A stretch of 64,000 nt of DNA, from positions 672,001 through 736,000 of the forward strand of contig OZ244958.1 of assembly GCA_965222575.1 (NCBI GenBank), written 5' to 3'. Position numbers and translations under genes: made by a program. The stretch comes from Alphaproteobacteria bacterium (GTDB lineage Bacteria > Pseudomonadota > Alphaproteobacteria > G965222575). The notes beneath the pieces were generated by a model, which saw nothing but the letters and a program-made list of their open reading frames with translations, was not told the DNA's origin and ran no database searches. The stretch's first letter is position 1, and each line of letters starts with the position of its first letter. Positions 56,553-64,000 of this stretch are shown one piece after another.

Positions 56553-57797
56553 ATGTTAGATATGCATCTGATACGCTCTTCTTTAGAAGAGGTAAAAGAC
56601 GCCTTGAAGTATCGTCTTTCCTCTTTGAAGGAGCTAGACGATGTTGTGGACACTGATAAGAAAAGCCGCGCTGTTCTGTGGAAGCTTGAGGAAAAAAGAG
56701 CACTTAGAAATCAATTGTCTCAACGACAAAGCAAGCCTTTTTCAGATGTTCAGGCGTTAAAACAAGAGATTCAAACATTGAATGCGCAATATAAAGAGCT
56801 ACAACACCAGTTACAAGAAGCGTTATTTAGGATTCCCAACTTGCCGTTGCCTAGTGTGCCACAGGGAGAAGGGAAAGCCTCTAATGTTGTCCTCCGTCAA
56901 GAAGGCAGCATCAGAAACTTTCCCTTCAAGATTCAAAATCACATGGCATTAGGTGCTAGGCTTGGGGGGATGGATTTTGCTACGGCTGCCAAGATAGCCG
57001 GCGCACGCTTTGTGGTGCTATCGGGGACTTTAGCGAGAATGGAACGTGCCTTGATAGCCTTTATGCTGGATATCCATACTAAGCGCTGTGGATACACAGA
57101 GGTGAGTGTTCCTCTTCTTAGTCGTACGCCTGCTATGGAAGGGACTGGTCAATTGCCAAAATTTCATGATGATCAGTTTCAAACAACAAGAGGAGAATGG
57201 CTTATTCCAACAGGGGAAGTGCCGTTGACCAATATGGTACGGGAGACGATTTTGTCTGCTGCTGACCTTCCCTTACGATTTACCACAGCGTCTCCTTGCT
57301 TTCGACAGGAGGCAGGTGCTGCCGGAAAAGAAACCCATGGACTCATTAGACAACACCAGTTTTATAAAGTGGAATTAGTGAGTATTGTTTCTCCTGAAGA
57401 GGGGGAAAGCGAACTAGAACGTATGCGCGCGTGTGCAGAAATCATCTTAAAAGAATTATGCATTCCATACCGCGTGGTTTTGTTATCACGTGGAGAAATG
57501 GGCTTTAGTGCTTGTAAAAGCTATGATTTGGAAGTCTGGATACCGAGCCAGCAAACGTATAGAGAAATCTCCTCTTGCTCCTTGTGTGGGGATTTTCAAA
57601 GTCGCCGCATGTCCGCCCGCGTAAAAGTCAACAAAACTCTATACTTTCCCCATACACTCAATGGCTCCGGTGTCGCCGTAGGACGCCTCATGGTTGCCCT
57701 TTTAGAAAATTATCAGGAAAAAAATGGGGCTATCACTCTCCCTGATGCCCTACATCCCTACATGCCAGAACACACAACACTCACCCCACCTTCTTAG
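56553..57797 (+). CDS. serS: Serine--tRNA ligase
   Basis: GTGQLPKF, LIPTGEVPL, FRQEAG, RQHQFYKVE, YREISSCS, HTLNGSGVAVGR. Confidence 0.97.
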   Translation: MLDMHLIRSSLEEVKDALKYRLSSLKELDDVVDTDKKSRAVLWKLEEKRALRNQLSQRQSKPFSDVQALKQEIQTLNAQYKELQHQLQEALFRIPNLPLPSVPQGEGKASNVVLRQEGSIRNFPFKIQNHMALGARLGGMDFATAAKIAGARFVVLSGTLARMERALIAFMLDIHTKRCGYTEVSVPLLSRTPAMEGTGQLPKFHDDQFQTTRGEWLIPTGEVPLTNMVRETILSAADLPLRFTTASPCFRQEAGAAGKETHGLIRQHQFYKVELVSIVSPEEGESELERMRACAEIILKELCIPYRVVLLSRGEMGFSACKSYDLEVWIPSQQTYREISSCSLCGDFQSRRMSARVKVNKTLYFPHTLNGSGVAVGRLMVALLENYQEKNGAITLPDALHPYMPEHTTLTPPS

Positions 57798-57925
57798 TCA
57801 AAGCCCCCCCTTAGGCTATCTTCAGACGGGTAATGGGGATTCTTCTTCCTTTCATCTTAAAGAAAAAGCCCCCCCCCTTAGGCAATGAGGGCAAGGGTTT
57901 TCCCCTCTTAAAGTGCCCTTTGCTT

Positions 57926-59010
57926 TTATTGAAGAATAGAAAAATAAATATCAATTTTCTCACTTTCTTCATCCAACGGAGTTTTTACAAGGTCAGAAAG
58001 GGTAATGGGAAGAGCGTCTCTCACCTTTTCATCCAATTGCGTTACGGCATGGCTTAACATGGGTTTATATCCTGCATTTTCCGCCCGACTAAAGCTTACT
58101 TCAGCACCGTCAGTATCCCCATCTAGGTATAGAGACTCCCCTTGCACTATATAGGCTTGGCCATCATAATGCCCACTTCCACTACTGAGTGCTTCATCCA
58201 GTACACTAATAGCCTCATCATGCCTACCGAGTTTTCCAAGAGTGTATCCCAATGCCGTGAGATATTCAGCAATATCTCCCATGGAAGGAATCCGGTGGTT
58301 GACATCCCTAGTAGGCTGCAAGTGCCATCGGTAGCGGCTATTAAATTCGATTCCACCGTTGTTGTAAGCTCTAGCTCTGCAAATTTTTGCTCCGCTAATT
58401 CTAAGAAATCTTCCGCTTCATCCTCCATATCAAGGGCTATATAAATTTGCGCTTTGCGGATACAATACATAGTACTAGCCTGAAATAACTCAATCCCTTC
58501 GTAATCAATTTGATTGATAAGTGCTAAGGCTTCCTCATTAAGACCTTGAGAATGGAGGGCTTCCGCTCCTAAAATAGAAAGAAGTTGGTGAACAGTCCGG
58601 TTAGGATTCAGTTGTAACCCTTCTTGAGCATGAAGCCACGCTTCTTCGTAATGTCCCATCACGGACAAGGCCTTGCCTACCATAAAATGAACAAGGGCAT
58701 TGTTACCGGAGGATTGCAAGAGTTTTCTCCCTTCTGACACAACCTCTTTATATTTCTTTGCTTCGTAAAGAAAATCTAATTCTAACCCTTTCATGTCCTC
58801 TAAATCTACAACGGTGTGCACAAGAGTCTTTTCTACCCTTTGCAAGGAAAGAGAGTTCCATTTTTCAGCCTCGATATACCAATCCAGCCAATAATAATTT
58901 CCATCCTTCAAAGTCCTGCCTTCAAAATCTCTTAACAGCAATAGAGCCATTGTGTTGAAAGGAAACCACAAACCTATACTGATAAGTAGGACGGCCAAGC
59001 ACTTAATCAT
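57926..59010 (-). pseudogene. Secreted TPR-repeat protein, paralog 1, frameshifted (or sequencing error)
   Basis: Colinear with the two 359-aa paralogs. One C is missing near 58319 (ggctgcaagt vs ggctgccaagt), splitting it into ORFs 58147-59010 and 57926-58321. Confidence 0.85.
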
Positions 59011-59028
59011 AGTGGCTCTCCTTTGCTT

Positions 59029-60108
59029 TTATTGAAGAATAGAAAAATAAATATCAATTTTCTCACTTTCTTCATCCAACGGAGTTGTTACAAGGTCAGC
59101 AAGAGTAATGGGAAGAGCGTCTCTCACTTTTTCATCCAATTGCGTTACGGCATGGTTTAACATGGGTTTATATCCTGCATTTTCCGCCCGACTAAAGCTT
59201 ACTTCAGCACCATCGGTATCCCCATCTAGGTATTGAGACTCCCCTTGCACTATATAGGCTTGACCATCATAATGCCCACTTCCACTACTGAGCGCTTCAT
59301 CCAGTACGCTAATAGCGTCACCATGCCTACCAAGTTTTCCAAGAGTGTATCCCAATGCCGTGAGATATTCAGAAATATCTCCCATGGAAGGAATCAGTTG
59401 GTTGACATCACTAGTAGGCTGCCAAGTGCCATCAGTAGCGGACGCTAAACCCGATTGTACCATTGCTGTAAGCTCTGAATATTTTTGCTCCGCTAATTCT
59501 AAGAAATCTTCCGCTTCATCATCCATATCAAGGGCTATATAAATTTGCGCTTTGCGGATAAAATACATAGTACTAGCCTGAAATAACTCAATCCCTTCGT
59601 AATCAATTTGATTGATAAGCACTAAGGCTTCCTCATTAAGACCTTGAGAATGGAGAGCTTCCGCTCCTAAAATAGAAAGAAGTTGGTAAACAGTCCGATT
59701 AGGATTCAGTTTTAACCCTTCTTTCGCATGAAGCCACGCTTCTTCGTAATGTCCCATCACGGACAAGGCCTTGCCTACCATAAAATGAACAAGGGCATTG
59801 TTACCGGATAATTTCAAGAGTTCTTTCCCTTCTGACACAACCTCTTTATATTTCTTTGCTTCGTAAAGAAAATCTAAGTCTAACCCTTTCATGCCCTCTA
59901 AATCTGCAACGGTGTGCACAAGAGTCTTTTCTACCTTTTGCCCGGACCGAGAGTTCCATTGACCAGCCTTGATATACCAATCCAGCCAATAATAACTTCC
60001 ATTCTTCACAGTCCTGCCTTCAAAATCTGTTGACAGCAATAGAGCCATTGTATTGAAAGGAAACCACAAACCTATACTGATAAGTAGGACGGCCAAGCAC
60101 TTAATCAT
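59029..60108 (-). CDS. Secreted TPR-repeat protein, paralog 2
   Basis: Signal peptide MIKCLAVLLISIGLWFPFNTMA and about six TPR-like units, e.g. ALVHFMVGKALSVMGHYEEAWLHAKEGLKLNP and YLTALGYTLGKLGRHGDAISVLDEAL. Confidence 0.85.
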   Translation of the reverse strand: MIKCLAVLLISIGLWFPFNTMALLLSTDFEGRTVKNGSYYWLDWYIKAGQWNSRSGQKVEKTLVHTVADLEGMKGLDLDFLYEAKKYKEVVSEGKELLKLSGNNALVHFMVGKALSVMGHYEEAWLHAKEGLKLNPNRTVYQLLSILGAEALHSQGLNEEALVLINQIDYEGIELFQASTMYFIRKAQIYIALDMDDEAEDFLELAEQKYSELTAMVQSGLASATDGTWQPTSDVNQLIPSMGDISEYLTALGYTLGKLGRHGDAISVLDEALSSGSGHYDGQAYIVQGESQYLDGDTDGAEVSFSRAENAGYKPMLNHAVTQLDEKVRDALPITLADLVTTPLDEESEKIDIYFSILQ

Positions 60109-60155
60109 AGCGGCTCTCCTTAGCTTTTAGAAAGAATCTAACAAAATATACGCTT

Positions 60156-60184
60156 AGTGTAGAATAAAATAATAAAAAAGTCAA
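60156..60184 (-). promoter_or_regulatory. Sigma70-type promoter of TPR paralog 2
   Basis: Minus strand TTGACT, 17-nt spacer, TACACT. An identical copy lies upstream of paralog 3. Confidence 0.65.
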
Positions 60185-60208
60185 AAACCCTGTACTTTCC
60201 CTATACGC

Positions 60209-60370
60209 ACATCCCTACATGCCAGCACACACAACCCCTCACCCCACCTTCTTAGTCAAAGCCTATCCCTTTTCATCTTAAAGGAAAAAAGACCCGCCCT
60301 TTAGGGCAATGAGGGTAAGGGTTCAACCCCTCCTGTCTTTTAGCGTAACCTCTTAAAGTGCCCTTTGCTT
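60209..60370. repeat. Degenerate copy of the serS 3' end and its downstream spacer (57752-57925)
   Basis: acatccctacatgccag(c/a)acacacaac..ctcaccccaccttcttagtcaaagcc, tttcatcttaaag, ggcaatgaggg and cctcttaaagtgccctttgctt occur in both places. Confidence 0.9.
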
Positions 60371-61450
60371 TTATTGAAGAATAGAAAAATAAATATCAAT
60401 TTTCTCACTTTCTTCATCCAACGGAATTGTTGCAAGGTCAGCAAGGGTAATGGGAAGAGCGTCTCTCACCTTTTCATCCAATTGCGTTACGGCATGGCTT
60501 AACATGGGTTTATATCCTGCATTTTCCGCCCGACTAAAGCTTACTTCAGCACCATCGGTATCCCCATCTAGATATTTAGACTCCCCTTGCACTATATAGG
60601 CTTGACCATCATAATGCCCGCTTCCACTAGTGAGTGCTTCATCCAGTACACTAATAGCCTCATCATGCCTACCAAGTTTTCCAAGAGTGTATCCCAATGC
60701 CGTGAGATATTCAGCAATATCTCCCATGGAAGGAATCAGTTGGTTGACATTTCTAGTAGGTTGCCAAGTGCCATCGGTAGCGGACGCTAAACCCGATTGT
60801 ACCATTGCTGTAAGCTCTGAATATTTTTGCTCCGCTAATTCTAACAAATCTTCCGCTTCATCATCCATATCAAGGGCTACATAAATTTGCGCTTTGCGGA
60901 TAAAATACATAGTACTAGCCTGAAATAACTCAATCCCTTCATAATCAATTTGATTGATAAGCACTAAGGCTTCCTCATTAAGACCCTGAGAATGGAGGGC
61001 TTCCGCTCCTAAAATAGAAAGAAGTTGGTGAACAGTCCGGTTAGGACCCAGTTGTAACCCTTCTTGAGCATGAAGCCACGCTTCTTCGTAATGTCCCATC
61101 ACGGACAAGGCCTTGCCTATCATAAAATGAACAAGGGTATTGCTACCGGAGGATTTCAAGAGTTTTCTCCCTTCTGACACAACCTCTTTATATTTCTTTG
61201 CTTCGTAAAGAAAATCTAAGTCTAACCCTTTCATGCCCTCTAAATCTGCAACAGTGTTCACAAGAGTCTTTTCTAACTTTTGCCCGGACCGAGAGTCCCA
61301 TTGACCAGCCTTGATATACCAATCCAGCCAATAATAATTTCCATCCCTCAAAGTCGTGCTTTCAAAATCTGTTGACAGCAATAGAGCCATTGTGTTGAAA
61401 GGAAACCACAAAGTCATACTGATAAGTAGGGCGGGCAAGAACTTAATCAT
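60371..61450 (-). CDS. Secreted TPR-repeat protein, paralog 3
   Basis: 359 aa, ungapped and near-identical to paralog 2; signal peptide MIKFLPALLISMTLWFPFNTMA. Confidence 0.85.
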   Translation of the reverse strand: MIKFLPALLISMTLWFPFNTMALLLSTDFESTTLRDGNYYWLDWYIKAGQWDSRSGQKLEKTLVNTVADLEGMKGLDLDFLYEAKKYKEVVSEGRKLLKSSGSNTLVHFMIGKALSVMGHYEEAWLHAQEGLQLGPNRTVHQLLSILGAEALHSQGLNEEALVLINQIDYEGIELFQASTMYFIRKAQIYVALDMDDEAEDLLELAEQKYSELTAMVQSGLASATDGTWQPTRNVNQLIPSMGDIAEYLTALGYTLGKLGRHDEAISVLDEALTSGSGHYDGQAYIVQGESKYLDGDTDGAEVSFSRAENAGYKPMLSHAVTQLDEKVRDALPITLADLATIPLDEESEKIDIYFSILQ

Positions 61451-61497
61451 AGCAGGACTCCTTAGCTTTTAGAAAGAATCTAACAAAATCTACGCTT

Positions 61498-61526
61498 AGT
61501 GTAGAATAAAATAATAAAAAAGTCAA
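61498..61526 (-). promoter_or_regulatory. Sigma70-type promoter of TPR paralog 3
   Basis: Minus strand TTGACT, 17-nt spacer, TACACT. Confidence 0.65.
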
Positions 61527-61587
61527 CAAAACCCTACAAAAAAATATGACTATGTCTTCAAAGGGAGGAGTTAAAGAATTTCTTGCT

Positions 61588-61616
61588 TTGATTTTCTGAT
61601 AAAATGCGTATATAGT
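61588..61616 (+). promoter_or_regulatory. Probable sigma70 promoter of the TpsB-like gene, divergent from the TPR promoter
   Basis: TTGATT, 17-nt spacer, TATAGT. Confidence 0.55.
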
Positions 61617-61721
61617 AAGAAAATACCTTGAGGGTTAACGCATTAAGCCTATGAACCCTAGTTACGATGATTCTGAGAGTTTATGTAAAGAGGTTGATGA
61701 AGTTGTAGTTCAAATTTTGTT

Positions 61722-63446
61722 GTGATGCGTATTTTTATCCCTTATAAGCTGTTGATATTAGGCATATTTTTTGCCGTTGTCTTGCCGGTGGAGGCAGAGT
61801 CTTTGAAAGAAGGCGTACAAGAGCATCTCCCGGGAAAGGCATTTCCTAAGCCTTTAGCGGATTCCAAAGCGACACTCCCTGTCATGCAAAATCCTTTTGA
61901 GATTCCTAAAGGGGCGGAGGAGGTGATTTTGCAGGTGAAGAGTCTGGTGATTGAGAATCTTGACCCTGCTTTAGAACAAGAAATTTATGTGATGCGGGAA
62001 TCGTTTTTGAAGCGCCCCGAGCAAACACTGGAAGCTGTCTATCTTTTCTCTCATGCTATCACAAGGCTTTATAATAGAAGGGGATTTATTTTTACGCGTT
62101 GCTTAGTTGTGCCACAAGAGATTGATAAAACAAAAGCCATCATTCGCCTGCGTATTGTTACCTCCTCTCTAGGTACCATCACAGTCAACCAAGAGGGACA
62201 ACGAGTCCCTATTATCATGGCTTATGTCAACAGAATGTATCAACAGGGGAAAATGGATACGAAGGTGCTGGAAAAATATTTGTTTCTCATGAATGATTTG
62301 CCGGGCTACACGGTACGGTCATACTTCACCGCTGATGATGAAACTCCTGATTTGTTTTATCTTCACTTGGAAGTCACGAAAAATGCCAACCTCCATACCT
62401 TGCGCGTCAGCAACAAGTCTTCCCCTTATAAAAAGTTAAAAATCAGTGCCACTACAATGCTCGTTGATACGATTTTTCAATCCAATGAAAGTGTCATTCT
62501 GGCCTTAGAAAAGGGCATTTACGGTGAAGATACTCGTAGTCTAAAATGGAATCTCGCCGTGCAGTACCCTCTTAGTGTCAGAGGCGATGAGGTACATTTT
62601 CTGTTCAGCTATGGTGATAATCTCAGTGGTAGTAGTGGCAATTATCCTATTCAATCAACTAGCACAAACATAGAAGGACAATACAAAAAGGTCTTTTTAC
62701 GCGGTAGCAGATTCAATATTAGAGGATTACTAGGGTTAGGACATAAGATTTTGAGCTCAGAGCTTGTCCCAAGAGCGGACGTGCTAAGCGGCGCAGATAT
62801 CCAAAGTAACGTTAACATCTATAAGGATAGATATCCCTATTTTTATCTTGAGGGGAGCATTGACTGGGCAACCCCTTCATCGGTTTCTTTATTTTCTATG
62901 AAGTATGTTTCTTCCCTGAAATCTGAGGGCATTTTTGGGGAGTCTCGTGCAGAATCTACACAGGACGCAACGCCGACTTTTCGCTACCTTGTTCTCTCAA
63001 CCTCCAGAACACAATCCATCCTGAATCTAGGACTGTCTTTTGAATTACAGAGCTACTTTTTACTCTCTTCAGACCCCCTGCCGTCCTTAGAGGGCGTGTC
63101 TTACGGATACGGGGAGTATGGCGGTATTTTCCCCTCCTCCATTATAGGCGATGAAGGCTATACAGCACGCGTAGAAGTCTCTTTGACCTTACCAAAATAT
63201 GGCTTCATCCCTTATGCCTTCTTTGATATGGGGAAAATGACCAAGAAAACACGGTTGCATGCTCAAGAAAGTTCCTATTATATGGTTGATACCTTAGCTA
63301 AACGGAGTTCTTATGGGTTGGGGTTGCGTCTCCAACTCCATCGTATGGTAGGGGATTTTGTTTTCACTTTTCCTACTAAGAAGTATGAGGCAAAAGCGGG
63401 GGGACGTAAATACCTCTTTTTCTTTACACTCACCTCATTTTTCTAA
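61722..63446 (+). CDS. ShlB/FhaC/HecB (TpsB, Omp85 superfamily) outer-membrane transporter
   Basis: Signal peptide (PVEA), POTRA-like motifs ITRLYNRRGF..VVPQEI and LEKYLFLMNDLPG, barrel motifs GDEGY, PYAFFDMG and SYGLGLR, C-terminal Phe. Confidence 0.82.
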   Translation: MMRIFIPYKLLILGIFFAVVLPVEAESLKEGVQEHLPGKAFPKPLADSKATLPVMQNPFEIPKGAEEVILQVKSLVIENLDPALEQEIYVMRESFLKRPEQTLEAVYLFSHAITRLYNRRGFIFTRCLVVPQEIDKTKAIIRLRIVTSSLGTITVNQEGQRVPIIMAYVNRMYQQGKMDTKVLEKYLFLMNDLPGYTVRSYFTADDETPDLFYLHLEVTKNANLHTLRVSNKSSPYKKLKISATTMLVDTIFQSNESVILALEKGIYGEDTRSLKWNLAVQYPLSVRGDEVHFLFSYGDNLSGSSGNYPIQSTSTNIEGQYKKVFLRGSRFNIRGLLGLGHKILSSELVPRADVLSGADIQSNVNIYKDRYPYFYLEGSIDWATPSSVSLFSMKYVSSLKSEGIFGESRAESTQDATPTFRYLVLSTSRTQSILNLGLSFELQSYFLLSSDPLPSLEGVSYGYGEYGGIFPSSIIGDEGYTARVEVSLTLPKYGFIPYAFFDMGKMTKKTRLHAQESSYYMVDTLAKRSSYGLGLRLQLHRMVGDFVFTFPTKKYEAKAGGRKYLFFFTLTSFF

Positions 63447-63476
63447 TCTCAAGGGGATGAGCGGGCGGGATTTTTC

Positions 63477-63494
63477 AAGGGCAATATTGCCCTT
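63477..63494. terminator. Palindrome between convergent genes; possible terminator
   Basis: aagggcaatattgccctt is a perfect 18-bp palindrome. Confidence 0.35.
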
Positions 63495-64000
63495 AGAAAG
63501 AAGAGGGGAATAAAAACTGGTACGGAGACGGAGACAGATACGGTGTCTTTTTGTAGTCAACAAAGAAGTGAGCGGGCGGTAAAAAAGAGGTCTTGGGACT
63601 TTCCCATATCATTTTGTTGCGATACATTTTGTAGAGATGTTCTATTTTCGATAGGGCGACATCTGTGCTATCTAGGGCGATGATTTCCCTTAGAGTCATT
63701 GTGTTTTGGTTAATTGCTGTTAAAATTTGAACGCTTTTCACTGAGAAGAAGTAGGGTGGTATCAGAAAGAATTCTAACACTGCGCCGAAATAATCTATTG
63801 GTGTAGAGGGCCCTAGCAACGGGGACATGAGAAACTTGTCTCGTTTCGCGCCATGATAAGAAAAGACTTGGGCTAGGTCTTCTTTGTTTTGTTTCACGCC
63901 GTATTTATTGTACATGACATCCCTTGTTCCTAGGACACCGAAAGTCGTATTCACAAAGAAGCGCTGCAAAGAGGCACTAGCCCCTTTTCTATCTCCCTGT
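63493..64000 (-). CDS. mlaA: MlaA/VacJ family lipoprotein (5' end outside the window)
   Basis: The frame stays open to the window edge: QGDRKGASASLQRFFVNTTFGVLG..D, EDLAQ, PLLGPST. Confidence 0.8.
   Translation of the reverse strand, partial: QGDRKGASASLQRFFVNTTFGVLGTRDVMYNKYGVKQNKEDLAQVFSYHGAKRDKFLMSPLLGPSTPIDYFGAVLEFFLIPPYFFSVKSVQILTAINQNTMTLREIIALDSTDVALSKIEHLYKMYRNKMIWESPKTSFLPPAHFFVDYKKTPYLSPSPYQFLFPSSF

Noticed and set aside
61664-61691. dif-like site (ttatgtaaag resembles an XerD arm)
   Set aside because: The left arm does not resemble an XerC arm or form the expected partial palindrome, so chance is likely.

Overview
A gene-dense window from a divergent, probably genome-reduced alphaproteobacterium. 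The taxonomy is inferred from synteny: tRNA-Leu-tig-clpPX-lon, argS-SPOR-tatABC-serS, gyrA-coaD-queA, pcm-tolC-valS and rpiB-glyA-ribD. It holds about 50 mostly housekeeping CDSs and two tRNAs (Cys-GCA, Leu-TAG). I saw no integrase, transposase or CRISPR array. The most unusual items are: (1) a single-chain ornithine cyclodeaminase-arginase fusion translationally coupled to gcvTHP; (2) three mosaic paralogs of a secreted TPR protein downstream of serS, with a copy of the serS 3' end inside the array, transcribed divergently from a TpsB/FhaC-type transporter that has no TpsA partner and lacks the VRGY motif; (3) intergenic DNA repeatedly built from degenerate copies of the neighbouring gene end (glyA start x4, clpX start x2, Tim44 end x2, serS end x2); (4) a structured queA-argS spacer with a perfect hairpin, an AT-rich tract, and eight short repeats between 23-bp direct repeats; (5) strong, patchy, apparently sawtooth G/C strand asymmetry; (6) a TatB with a signal-peptide-like N-terminal extension. 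All calls come from motif recognition by eye. No database search was run.
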